Below, piece after piece: positions 52,326 through 61,774 of a DNA stretch of 64,000 nt (positions are counted from its first letter, which is position 1; every line of letters starts with the position of its first letter). Source of the stretch: Deltaproteobacteria bacterium. Lineage in GTDB: Bacteria > Myxococcota_A > Polyangia > HGW-17 > SLPX01. Both the position numbers and the translations under genes were made by a program. The notes beneath the pieces are model-generated. The model was not told the DNA's origin. It searched no databases and saw only the letters and a list, made by a program, of their open reading frames with translations. The stretch lies in the NCBI GenBank assembly GCA_021162935.1, contig JAGGXR010000131.1, forward strand, positions 514-64,513. The letters run 5' to 3'.

Positions 52326-53774
52326 TCATCCTTCCAGAACCCGCTTGAGCACCTTACTCACGAGCTTCGGATCCTGATTCCGGTCCTGCTTCATGACCTG
52401 ACCCACGAAGAAACCAAAGAGCCGCTTGTTCCCGTCCCGGTACCTGGCCGTCTCGTCCGGGTGAGCGTCCACCACCTGCCGACAAACGGCCTCGACCACG
52501 GACTCGTCCCGCTCTGGAGGTCGAATACCCAGCTCCTCGCGCACCTCGTCCACCGTGCGCCCGGTCTGGTACATCCGTTCCCCCACCACCTTGGCGTTCC
52601 TCCCCGTCAGTTCGCCGGACGCCATCCTCGCCAAAAGATCCGCCAAGACTTTCGGACTCATGGGCTGCTCGTCGATGCTCCGCCCATCCTCCTTGAGAAG
52701 CCGCAGTAACTCGGTCTGGATCCAATTCGCCGCCTTCTTGGGATCGCCTCCAAGGCGCACAACCTCTTCGAAATACTCGGCGAGATTCCACTCGTCGGTC
52801 AGCACCCCGGCGTCGTAGTCGGTTAGGCCGTACTGGTCCACGAAGCGCTGCCGCCGATCCAACGGCAACTCTTCGAGATGCGCCGCCACCTCGTCGATCC
52901 AGGGTCGAGGAACCTCGAGTACAGGCAGGTCCGGCTCGGGGAAGTACCGATAGTCGTGCGCCTCCTCCTTGGTCCGAATCACCCTGGTCTGCCCGGCAGC
53001 CGCATCCCACAACAACGTGGACTGGACCACCTCGCCGCCTTGCTCGATCAGGGCCACATGGCGCTCGATCTCGTAATGCAGGGCCAACTTGACCGCCTTG
53101 AACGAATTGAGGTTTTTCAGTTCCGTCTTCGTGCCGAGCTTCTCCTGACCCCGAGGCCGAATCGAAACGTTCGCGTCACAGCGCAAAGACCCCTCTTCCA
53201 TGTTTCCGTCGCAGATTCCAAGATACCGCACGAGTTGACGCAGCGCTCTTAGATACGCGACCGCCTGCTCTGGACTTCGAAAATCCGGTTCCGACACGAT
53301 CTCGGCAAGGGCAACGCCTGCCCGATTGTAGTCCACCAGAGACTCGTCCACGCCTTCTCGATGGAAGTTCTTCCCCGAATCCTCTTCGAGATGGATCCGC
53401 GTCAGGGCGATCTCGCTCCTGCGGTCTTCATGCCAGATTTCCACGCGTCCGCCCGTGGCCAGGGGTTGCTCGTACTGCGAGATCTGGTATCCCTTGGGGA
53501 GGTCGGGATAGAAATAATGCTTCCTGGCAAACCGACTCATCTCGTGAATCGTGCTGTGGGTGGCCAGGGCGATCTTGATCCCATATTCGACCGCCTTTCG
53601 GTTCACGACGGGCAGGGCCCCTGGCAGTGCCAGGACCACTGGATCGGTCAACGTATTCGGTTCCTGGCCGAAGGCAGCCCTCGACCGGCTGAACATCTTC
53701 GTATCCGTCTTGAGCTGGACGTGCACCTCCAGCCCAATGACCGACTCGTACTTGGCAAGGAGTTCGTCGTTCAT
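52326..53774 (-). CDS. gatB: Asp/Glu-tRNA amidotransferase subunit B
   Basis: IGLEVH, RKHYFYPDLPKGYQISQ, HLEED, GSLRCDAN, DYRYFPEPDL. Confidence 0.98.
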   Translation of the reverse strand: MNDELLAKYESVIGLEVHVQLKTDTKMFSRSRAAFGQEPNTLTDPVVLALPGALPVVNRKAVEYGIKIALATHSTIHEMSRFARKHYFYPDLPKGYQISQYEQPLATGGRVEIWHEDRRSEIALTRIHLEEDSGKNFHREGVDESLVDYNRAGVALAEIVSEPDFRSPEQAVAYLRALRQLVRYLGICDGNMEEGSLRCDANVSIRPRGQEKLGTKTELKNLNSFKAVKLALHYEIERHVALIEQGGEVVQSTLLWDAAAGQTRVIRTKEEAHDYRYFPEPDLPVLEVPRPWIDEVAAHLEELPLDRRQRFVDQYGLTDYDAGVLTDEWNLAEYFEEVVRLGGDPKKAANWIQTELLRLLKEDGRSIDEQPMSPKVLADLLARMASGELTGRNAKVVGERMYQTGRTVDEVREELGIRPPERDESVVEAVCRQVVDAHPDETARYRDGNKRLFGFFVGQVMKQDRNQDPKLVSKVLKRVLEG

Positions 53775-55261
53775 CACTCTGCCTCCTGCGCCTGGGCCAC
53801 CTCGGGCCACCTTCGATGCCAATCGGTCAGTCGCTGGTAGCCAGCCGCTACCCGGAAAAGTCGCTCCTCCCCGAGCGCGGGCGCAAGCACCTGCATCCCG
53901 ATGGGAAGCCCCTGGCCGTCCATGCCACAGGGAATCGACATACCGGTCAACCCGGCGAGATTACAAGAAATCGTGTACATATCCGCCAGATACATCTGGA
54001 GGGGATCCGACATACGAGAGCCCAATTTGAACGCCGTCACCGGGGAGGTCGGGGTGACCATGACGTCGCAATCCTCGAAGGCCTTCCGAAAATCATCGGC
54101 GATCAGGGTACGCACCTTTTGAGCGCGACCGTAGTAGGCATCGTAGTACCCGGCACTCAGCACGTAGGTCCCCAGCATGATCCGCCTCTTCACCTCGGAA
54201 CCGAATCCCTCGGCGCGGCTGCGACAGTACATGTCCATAAGGTCGCTTGCATCTCGGGCCCGATACCCGTACCGGACCCCGTCATAGCGAGCCAGGTTCG
54301 AACTGGCCTCGGCGGGACTGATGATGTAGTAGGCCGCAATGGCGTACTCCGTATGGGGCAAAGAAACCTCCTTGATGGTCGCTCCATTGGCCGCAAGCGT
54401 CTCGATGCCCCGACGCACCGCTGCCTCAACCTGGGGGTCTAGTCCCTCCCGGAAATACTCCTTGGGAATCCCGACACACATACCCTTGAACCCGGTCCGA
54501 CAGGCCTCCTGATATCGGCCCACCGGTTCATCGAGCGACGTGCTGTCGGCAGGATCCCGACCAGCAATCGCTTCGAGCACCAGGGCACAGTCTTCGGCCG
54601 ACCGCCCCATGGGACCGCCCTGATCCAGACTGGAGGCAAAAGCAATCATCCCATACCGACTCACCCTGCCGTACGTGGGCCGCAACCCAGTGACCCCACA
54701 GAGGGCGGCAGGCTGCCGGATCGATCCTCCCGTATCCGTCCCCATGGCAACGCCGCAGAGACCTGCAGCAACGGCCGCGGCACTGCCCCCCGAGGACCCA
54801 CCCGGAACACGATCCAGGTCCCACGGATTGCGACATATCCGATAGGCGCTGTGTTCGGTGGACGACCCCATGGCGAACTCGTCCATATTTGCCTTACCCA
54901 AAATCACAGCACCTGCGGCCTTGAGTCGTTCGGAAACCGTGCTCTCGTACGGGGGAACGAAGCCTTCGAGGATCTTGGATCCACAGGTGGTCTCCACACC
55001 CTTGGTCACGAAGATGTCCTTGAGCGCGATGCAGGCACCGGCCAAAGGTCCGGGGTCTCGCCCTGCCCGAACCTGCTCATCCACCATCCTGGCCTGGGCC
55101 ATCGCCCCCTCACGGTCCAGGCGCAGATAGGACCCGATTCGGTCGTCCACAGCCTCGATCCGCTCGAAATAGGCGGACGCGACGTCCTCGGCGGATACCG
55201 CTTTTGTACGCACATGCTCAACCTGGGACGCCAATCCCAGTTGCCAGATATCCATTGCCAC
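53774..55261 (-). CDS. gatA: Asp/Glu-tRNA amidotransferase subunit A
   Basis: [44 protein letters not shown]. Confidence 0.98.
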   Translation of the reverse strand: MAMDIWQLGLASQVEHVRTKAVSAEDVASAYFERIEAVDDRIGSYLRLDREGAMAQARMVDEQVRAGRDPGPLAGACIALKDIFVTKGVETTCGSKILEGFVPPYESTVSERLKAAGAVILGKANMDEFAMGSSTEHSAYRICRNPWDLDRVPGGSSGGSAAAVAAGLCGVAMGTDTGGSIRQPAALCGVTGLRPTYGRVSRYGMIAFASSLDQGGPMGRSAEDCALVLEAIAGRDPADSTSLDEPVGRYQEACRTGFKGMCVGIPKEYFREGLDPQVEAAVRRGIETLAANGATIKEVSLPHTEYAIAAYYIISPAEASSNLARYDGVRYGYRARDASDLMDMYCRSRAEGFGSEVKRRIMLGTYVLSAGYYDAYYGRAQKVRTLIADDFRKAFEDCDVMVTPTSPVTAFKLGSRMSDPLQMYLADMYTISCNLAGLTGMSIPCGMDGQGLPIGMQVLAPALGEERLFRVAAGYQRLTDWHRRWPEVAQAQEAE

Positions 55262-55277
55262 GTCTCCTTTCGAACGC

Positions 55278-55595
55278 CTAGGTCAGGCCGGCGCCAGAAT
55301 CGTCGATGAACTTGGGGACCCGCACCAGGCCGTCGAGGGTATCAGGGGCATTGGCGACAACGGCCTGCCTGGGCAGCGATGCCGCCGGCTCATCGTCTGC
55401 CAAGGGGCAGATCACCGGCACGGCATGGGTGGTGGGCGCCACTCCCTCCACGTCCAATTCTTGGAGTTTCTGCACGTGCTCCAGAATGGCATCCAGTTCT
55501 CGCGCCATGGCAGCAATCTCGTCCTGCCCAAACTTCAAATGCGCGAGTTGGGCCACGTGCTCCACTTCCTCAATCGATATCCTCATCGAAGCCAC
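55278..55595 (-). CDS. gatC: Asp/Glu-tRNA amidotransferase subunit C
   Basis: [22 protein letters not shown]...VPK; upstream of gatA. Confidence 0.93.
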   Translation of the reverse strand: MASMRISIEEVEHVAQLAHLKFGQDEIAAMARELDAILEHVQKLQELDVEGVAPTTHAVPVICPLADDEPAASLPRQAVVANAPDTLDGLVRVPKFIDDSGAGLT

Positions 55596-55610
55596 ACTCC
55601 TATCTCGGTC

Positions 55611-55637
55611 GGCTGTTCAAAATAAGGTTGCCATTTT
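55611..55637 (+). repeat. Second, partial copy of the 50574 palindromic element
   Basis: GGCTGTTCAAAATAAGGTTGCCATTTT versus GGCTGTTCAAAATAAGGTTGCCCATTTT. Confidence 0.75.
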
Positions 55638-55771
55638 GGGGCGCCAAGGCGCCCGGCTGGCACGAAGAGACGAGGGTGGGTAGTGGTACGCAACCGAGGA
55701 GCGACAAAACAAGTCGAGATGGATTGCGGTTCCAGTTGATACATCCATGCTGCACAGCCGATTCAGTCGCA

Positions 55772-57415
55772 CTACTTGTCCCTCACGCCACGATCCCACC
55801 AAAATACCTCGTCCATTGGCCTTGCCGCCGCCTGTCGGCGCACCCCACGAGTGGAGTTTGCCGCCAGATGGCGCAGACTCAAATAGATACTTTCGACGTC
55901 CCCGTCCTTTCCAACGGCCTTGGCGACCTCGATGGCCGTCATGCGGTTCGGTTGCTGATCGACCAAGACCTCGAGCGCCCGTCGTTGCTGCTCCAAAAAT
56001 CGACCGGCGCTCTTCTTGCTGGCCTCCACCCCTGGCTGGTTGTACGCATTGATGTCCACCATGGAGGCATAGAGCCCAACAGCCCGCTCGTGCAGGGCCA
56101 CCAACTCCCCAAGAGTCGTCGCATCCAGACGCTCCAGCCAAATACTGTAGTTCGGCCGCCCCTTCCCCGACAGAGCTTCTCTGGTCCCCATGAGCAAAGC
56201 CAACAGACAATCACCCGAAGAAACGTCGGGCCGCACCTCGAGTTCCGTATCGAAGGCGCCGCCGCTTCCCCACGTGGCACCATAGAGGTCCCGCATGACG
56301 TGGAGGAACTCCACGAAAAATCCCCCCGGGCCCTCGCTGAGGTGCTGCAGAATTGAATGCTGATCCGTAGAACCTTTGTTTCCGTACACGGTAAAGCCCG
56401 AATGCACGGGCTTGCCCTGACGATCCACGGCCTTACCCAGAGACTCCATGATGAGCTGCTGCAGATACCGCGACCACGGTTCGAGGCGATCCTTGTAAGG
56501 TTCTACCACGAGCTGCGAGAGCCCATTCTCCACCACGGTGTGGTACCAAAGGGCTGCAATCATGGCGGCTGGATTGTCCCGAAGGGTCCTGCTGCGCGTA
56601 GCCTGGTCCATGCGTGCGGCACCATGGACCAGGGCATCCACGTCCATGCCCATCAGACCAGCGGGCAAAAGGCCAACCGCCGAAAACAGGGACATCCGCC
56701 CGCCGACCCACTCCCAAATGGGAAATGTGGCCAACCAGCCTTCATGCTCGGCGCGCTGCGCGAGTTCAGAGCCTGGCAGGGTGACCACCACGGCCTGTTT
56801 GGCGAAATCGAGGCCCACCCGCTTCATCGCGGACTTGGTTTCCTCCATGGCGGTCATGGTCTCGAGCGTGCGCCCGGACTTGGACATGACCAAACAAAGG
56901 GTCCGATCCAGTTCGTGATGCAAACGGCGATACAAACGGTAGAACCCATCGGGGTCTGTATTGTCCATCCAGAACAAATGCATCTTGTCCTGGGGACCGG
57001 ACAGGGCGGAGGCGAGCAGTTGCGGCCCCAAGATCGAACCGCCGATCCCCATCACGAGGACGTTACGAAAGGGCTTGCCCGTCTGGCCTCGAATGCTGCC
57101 GAAGTGCACCTGCCCCACGAAATCCTTCACCGCTTTCTGCGCCGCCACGATGGCATCGCGGATGTCTTCGGTGGGAGCCAAATCCGGTGCACGCAGCCAA
57201 TAATGCCCCACCATGCGTCCTTCATCGGGATTGGCCACGGCGCCCTTTTCGAGCGCTTCCATCTCGTCCAATGCAGTCCCGAGGCGATCGGCCACGATCT
57301 CGACGAAATCCGACGCCAATTGCATCCTGCTCACATCGAGGGTAAATTCAAGGTGGGATCCCGTCCAATAAAACGTATTGAGCAGACTCCAGTGGTCCTG
57401 GTTTTTCTTCGGCAT
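55772..57415 (-). CDS. pgi: Glucose-6-phosphate isomerase
   Basis: ANPDEGRMVGHYWLR, GIGGS.LG, SKSG.T.ET, VGGR.S, QQLIMESLGK, GSTDQH, YNQPGVE..K. Confidence 0.95.
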   Translation of the reverse strand: MPKKNQDHWSLLNTFYWTGSHLEFTLDVSRMQLASDFVEIVADRLGTALDEMEALEKGAVANPDEGRMVGHYWLRAPDLAPTEDIRDAIVAAQKAVKDFVGQVHFGSIRGQTGKPFRNVLVMGIGGSILGPQLLASALSGPQDKMHLFWMDNTDPDGFYRLYRRLHHELDRTLCLVMSKSGRTLETMTAMEETKSAMKRVGLDFAKQAVVVTLPGSELAQRAEHEGWLATFPIWEWVGGRMSLFSAVGLLPAGLMGMDVDALVHGAARMDQATRSRTLRDNPAAMIAALWYHTVVENGLSQLVVEPYKDRLEPWSRYLQQLIMESLGKAVDRQGKPVHSGFTVYGNKGSTDQHSILQHLSEGPGGFFVEFLHVMRDLYGATWGSGGAFDTELEVRPDVSSGDCLLALLMGTREALSGKGRPNYSIWLERLDATTLGELVALHERAVGLYASMVDINAYNQPGVEASKKSAGRFLEQQRRALEVLVDQQPNRMTAIEVAKAVGKDGDVESIYLSLRHLAANSTRGVRRQAAARPMDEVFWWDRGVRDK

Positions 57416-57562
57416 ATATATCTCCTTCTTTTTGATTCTTTCCGCCCCCCAACAATCGAGAGGTGAGCCCCACCCACCTCTTTATGCGATCCCGGCCGAA
57501 CGGGGTGGAAGGCTCGACAGACCACTTGTACGACCGAACGATTCCAACACCCGTCCGTCGTG

Positions 57563-58081
57563 CTACCGATCGATGCCGTGTTTGTGCCGAATTTGTTCCA
57601 TGACCTTCTTGTACTCCACGTCCCAAGCCACCGAGCCTTCTTCCAAATTCTGGATACGCTCGCGCACTTCTCGATCGAGTTCCTCGTCCAGCATCATGTG
57701 TTTCCGAAAGATCTCCTTCATCTTCTTTCGCATCACGTGGTCGTCCGCATAGATCTCGTCGACGAACTTGGACTGATGCATGAAAAAATCCAGAATCTGG
57801 TTACACATCCACGAAATGCCATCCTCCCGCATGGCAAACCCTTCTTCTTCGGCGACCCCTCTCTTGATCTTGCCGAACTGCGCATAGGGCAGCCCCCGCT
57901 TCTCCATGATGTCCTTTGCCTTCTCGGCAATCTGCCGCTCCCTCTTGAGGTACTCGTTCAAAATGGCGGCCACATCCAGTTCGACCTCAGCGGGATTCGA
58001 AGTGTCGATGTCGTGGTCATCGACGAGATTTTTGACGATTTCCGCCGAGATGACGGACACCTTTCCAGCATACAGTTTCAT
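57563..58081 (-). CDS. DUF507 family protein
   Basis: MKLY..K, EI.ADD..., LD.EVR.RI.NL.EGS..W..EY.K. Confidence 0.75.
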   Translation of the reverse strand: MKLYAGKVSVISAEIVKNLVDDHDIDTSNPAEVELDVAAILNEYLKRERQIAEKAKDIMEKRGLPYAQFGKIKRGVAEEEGFAMREDGISWMCNQILDFFMHQSKFVDEIYADDHVMRKKMKEIFRKHMMLDEELDREVRERIQNLEEGSVAWDVEYKKVMEQIRHKHGIDR

Positions 58082-58172
58082 CCTGCCATTCCTTTTCAAT
58101 CAGGCGACCCGCCCGTCCGTTCCGAGGTATCGGCCGAGCCGACGGGCATCATTCGAGCCACGAACAGACGGG

Positions 58173-58202
58173 AGTATAGAAATGCTTTGGCACGACTGTC
58201 AA
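58173..58202 (-). promoter_or_regulatory. sigma70 promoter for DUF507 (and possibly pgi)
   Basis: Minus strand TTGACA-N18-TATACT. Confidence 0.65.
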
Positions 58203-58288
58203 GACAACCCGAAGCCCCAAAAACAATAGTTTGTTCTTGGAGCCATGGTGGCTATACTTTTCGTACTTGTATTGGGAGCCTCACGAAC

Positions 58289-59677
58289 ATGTCCGAGTCG
58301 GCACCACCACAATCGCCACGGGTCCTCGTCGTCGATGACGAAAAGAACATTCGTCGAACCTTGAAGATGGTCCTGGAAGCTGAAGGCTACGACGTGTGGA
58401 CCGCCGAATCGGCAGAGCAGGCCCTGACCCAGATCGAGGCAGACCGACCGGACTGCGTGGTGATGGACGTGAAACTCCCCAAGATGGACGGAGTGGCCGC
58501 ACTCGCCAAGATCCGCGAACAATGGAATGAAGACGTGGTCCCCATTATCATGATCTCGGGCCATGCCTCGATGTCCGACGCCGTCCGCGCCACGAAACTC
58601 GGCGCCTTCGACTTCTTCGAAAAACCCCTCGACCGAAACCGCATCCTCGTGTCTATCCGCAACGCGGTTCAACACGTTCAGATGGCGCAGGAGGTCCAGG
58701 AACTCCGCAGCAGCCTTGGTGAACGATTCGAACTCGTCGGCCAAAGCCCTCCCATGTTGCAACTGTTCCGAACCATCGAAAAGGTCGCCCCGACCAAAGG
58801 TCGCGTCCTGATCACGGGCGAAAGCGGTACCGGCAAGGAACTCGTTGCACGTGCCATACATCGGAACAGCGATCTCGCCGACCGACCATTCGTCAAGGTC
58901 AACTGTGCGGCCATCTCACCCGAATTGATCGAAAGCGAGCTGTTCGGCCATGAACGCGGGGCGTTCACCGGGGCGGTGGCGCGTCGACGCGGCCTGTTCG
59001 AGGTGGCGAACGGAGGAACCATTTTCCTCGATGAAGTAGGAGACATGAGCCTGTCCGCCCAGGCCAAGGTCCTTCGCGTCCTTCAAACGGGTGAATTCGT
59101 GCGGGTGGGCGGCGAGCGGGTCGTGCGGGTCGATGTCCGGGTCTTGGCCGCCACGAACAAGGATCTCCAAGAAGCGATTCAGGCAAACCTTTTTCGCGAG
59201 GACCTCTACTTCCGACTGAACGTGATCCCAATCCGGACACCAGCCCTCAGGGAACACCGAACCGACATCCCTCTGCTCGTGATCCGATTCGTCGAGGAAT
59301 TCTGCCGTCAAAATGGATTCCGAACCAAGACGGTCGAGCCGAAAGCCATGGACGGCCTGACCGCCTATCCATGGCCGGGCAACGTCCGAGAATTGAAAAA
59401 CGTCATCGAGCGCGTCGTGATTCTAAGCGACGAAACCATCACAGTCGACGATCTGCCGGATTTCCTGGCCGATCGAACCATAGGCCGCGTCAATCTGGAC
59501 CACTATACGGACAGGACGCTACGGGAGTTCCGCGAGGAAATGGAGCGGGCCTTCGTCCTACTGAAATTAAACGAATTCGAGTGGAACATCTCACGGACAG
59601 CCACGGCCCTGGGCGTGGAGCGTACGAACCTCCACAAAAAGATCAAAGCCCTCGGTCTCAAACGGAATCAGCAATAA
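58289..59677 (+). CDS. sigma54-dependent response regulator (NtrC/NtrX-like)
   Basis: Receiver VVDD...D...SG...KP; GESGTGKE, GAFTGA, LDE, WPGNVRELKN, Fis HTH. Confidence 0.95.
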   Translation: MSESAPPQSPRVLVVDDEKNIRRTLKMVLEAEGYDVWTAESAEQALTQIEADRPDCVVMDVKLPKMDGVAALAKIREQWNEDVVPIIMISGHASMSDAVRATKLGAFDFFEKPLDRNRILVSIRNAVQHVQMAQEVQELRSSLGERFELVGQSPPMLQLFRTIEKVAPTKGRVLITGESGTGKELVARAIHRNSDLADRPFVKVNCAAISPELIESELFGHERGAFTGAVARRRGLFEVANGGTIFLDEVGDMSLSAQAKVLRVLQTGEFVRVGGERVVRVDVRVLAATNKDLQEAIQANLFREDLYFRLNVIPIRTPALREHRTDIPLLVIRFVEEFCRQNGFRTKTVEPKAMDGLTAYPWPGNVRELKNVIERVVILSDETITVDDLPDFLADRTIGRVNLDHYTDRTLREFREEMERAFVLLKLNEFEWNISRTATALGVERTNLHKKIKALGLKRNQQ

Positions 59678-59727
59678 CGGGTCGAGGGATTCCAACGCGA
59701 TCCCCCCCAAAAAAAACGAGGAGCCCG

Positions 59728-61044
59728 ATGAAAGTCACCATCGCCGACCTGAAACAGGCCATCACAAAAACTGCGCCGACCGACCCCGCCACGGCTCTCA
59801 AACTCGGATGGCGACTCGTCGATGCCGTGCCCCATGACATCGAAGGCCGTCTGTGGATCGCCGACCTCCTGGTCCAGCTGGGAGCCCCCCAGGCAGCGGG
59901 CCCCGTCTATGAGGCAATCGCCCAATATGGTATCCGGGGCGGCCACCCACTCGTCAGCCTCGTGGCAGCCAAGGTACTCGAAGACAGCGACCGAGATGTT
60001 TCCGACTTCTATCGCACCATCGCACGCTTCTACGGAGCTGGCTCCTCCAAGGTGTCCGCCCATGGACAACGCACGTCTCCCGAACATCCCGACACCCTGG
60101 TCCAGGCTCCTGATCTCGAAACCGAAATTTCTCTGCCCTCGTTGATCGCCGGGGCTGCCCGCGCTGCCGCGAATCTGGATGGGATCGAGGACTACCCAGA
60201 AACTCTGCTCAAAATCCCGTTGCTCTCCGAGTTGCCCGAACCGAGCTTCGTCAAAGTCTGTGAGACTATCCGCTGCATCCGCCTACCCGCCGGCTCCATG
60301 GTGATCAGGGAAGGGGAAATGGGCAGGTCCTTCTTCTGGCTCGCCCGGGGATCCGTGTCCGTATACAAGACCGACATGCGGGGGCGCCAGACCGAACTCG
60401 CCCAACTCGGCGAGGGTGCTTTGTTCGGCGAGATGGCCCTCATCCAGGCCGCGCCGCGATCGGCATCCGTCCAGACACGAAGCGATGCCGACCTGCTCGA
60501 AGTGGACAGCGCCGCCCTGTCCACCATGGCCGAACACCTCGACGCCGTTGCGCTGGCTCTGGACCGGTTCGCCCGGGAACGGCTCCTGAACAACCTCCTG
60601 GCAACCTCGGCTCTGTTCGTGCCCTTCAGCCGCAAACAGCGCATGGACCTCCTGCGCCGGTTCACCGGCCACGAAGTCGCCCCTGGCACCATCATCATCA
60701 ATGAAGGAGACGAGGGCCGCGGCCTTTATGTCGTACTGTCTGGTGAGGTTGAAATCACCAAGGAACAGGAAGGGGAACAGGTTCCCCTTGCCACCCTCAA
60801 GGCAGGAGACATCTTCGGAGAAATCGCACTCCTCAAGGGCTTTCCCGCAACGGCCACGGTCACGGCCACACGTCGCTCCACGATCCTTTTCTTGGACCGC
60901 ACCTATTTCAAACGACTCGTGAATGCCCTGCCGGAAATCCGAGCCATGTTCGAAAACATGACCGAAGAGCGCCTGCGCGACACCCAGATGGTCCTTGCCG
61001 ATGACATGATCATCGAAGCCAGTGACGACCTGGTGCTCATCTGA
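59728..61044 (+). CDS. Protein with two cyclic-nucleotide-binding domains
   Basis: IREGE.G...FGEMAL....RSASV and INEGDEG...FGEIAL....ATATV; TPR-like N-terminus; RBS GAGGAG. Confidence 0.88.
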   Translation: MKVTIADLKQAITKTAPTDPATALKLGWRLVDAVPHDIEGRLWIADLLVQLGAPQAAGPVYEAIAQYGIRGGHPLVSLVAAKVLEDSDRDVSDFYRTIARFYGAGSSKVSAHGQRTSPEHPDTLVQAPDLETEISLPSLIAGAARAAANLDGIEDYPETLLKIPLLSELPEPSFVKVCETIRCIRLPAGSMVIREGEMGRSFFWLARGSVSVYKTDMRGRQTELAQLGEGALFGEMALIQAAPRSASVQTRSDADLLEVDSAALSTMAEHLDAVALALDRFARERLLNNLLATSALFVPFSRKQRMDLLRRFTGHEVAPGTIIINEGDEGRGLYVVLSGEVEITKEQEGEQVPLATLKAGDIFGEIALLKGFPATATVTATRRSTILFLDRTYFKRLVNALPEIRAMFENMTEERLRDTQMVLADDMIIEASDDLVLI

Positions 61045-61137
61045 AAAGACCACGCCAAGAAGCCCCATCGAATCTGCGATATCTCCAATCGGTGGCCAAG
61101 GCCACCCAAGAGACAATCACATTGAAAACTCGTGGCC

Positions 61138-61171
61138 AAAAATAACGAAGGTCCCGGCTACCGGGACCTTC
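61138..61171 (-). terminator. Rho-independent terminator on the minus strand
   Basis: GAAGGTCCCGG-TAG-CCGGGACCTTC followed by GTTATTTTT on minus. Confidence 0.75.
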
Positions 61172-61564
61172 ACCAACACCTCGAATCACTGGAAGCTAGG
61201 CCTACCGCAACAAAAGCAAATTCCATCTACTCCTAACGAAACGAAACCGCAACGAGAAAGAAAACGAAAAATAAGGCTAACGAAACTCATGCTACCAAAC
61301 AAAGGTTCAATCGCACAAAAAAAACAAAAACGCTCAGGATACGAAACGGTAACTGCCAACCCCGGCTCCGGGCCGGAGATCCTATGCAAAGCATGCCCCG
61401 GGCGGCCGAAACCGGGCCGGGGCGTATCGTTAAACAGCGAGAACCAGCCCGCTGTCAGGGAGGAGGAGGAGGTCGTGGGTCGCCGAAATCTTGGAGCCAG
61501 GCCGTCTCAATCGAACGTAGTCGCAACGTATGGTCATATCGAAATACCCTCAAACCTCCTACTC
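61140..61564 (-). ncRNA. Candidate sigma54-dependent structured RNA (may encode a 35-aa peptide)
   Basis: Bounded by a -24/-12 promoter and a terminator; three GC hairpins, a CCUCCUCCUCCUCCC tract, and a U-rich segment with repeated UUCGU. Confidence 0.45.
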
Positions 61565-61574
61565 TCTGCTGTAA

Positions 61575-61590
61575 TGCAACCCCAATGCCA
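61575..61590 (-). promoter_or_regulatory. sigma54 -24/-12 promoter
   Basis: Minus strand TGGCATTGGGGTTGCA, a close match to TGGCAC-N5-TTGCA. Confidence 0.65.
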
Positions 61591-61774
61591 TCTTTCCATT
61601 CCACCTGTAACCATCGAAAATCACGAGAGATCCTCGAAAAACAGAGCTGTCTTGGCCACGAATCCAGTTGAAAAACCATGACATCCATGTCATCGTGTAT
61701 CAGCAATTTGAAAATGTTTTCACCTGTGCGGCGCGACCGAACCCCTCGGCGCAAACCAAGGATCCTTGAAAACC

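Noticed and set aside
55772-57415. PGI resembling the cyanobacterial/plastid type
   Set aside because: This type occurs in many bacteria; nothing unusual can be supported without a phylogeny.
58188-58203. TGGCACG as a sigma54 promoter for the response regulator
   Set aside because: No TTGC at -12; the sequence is better explained as the spacer of the minus-strand sigma70 promoter.
61385-61400. Second sigma54-like site GGGGCATGCTTTGCA on minus
   Set aside because: The GGCA-to-TTGCA spacing is 2 nt too short and the site overlaps a hairpin.
61022-61754. Track ORFs 61022..61681 (+), 61186..61389 (-) and 61455..61754 (-) as proteins
   Set aside because: Atypical low-complexity composition and no suitable RBS; the longer two run across the promoter and/or terminator signals.
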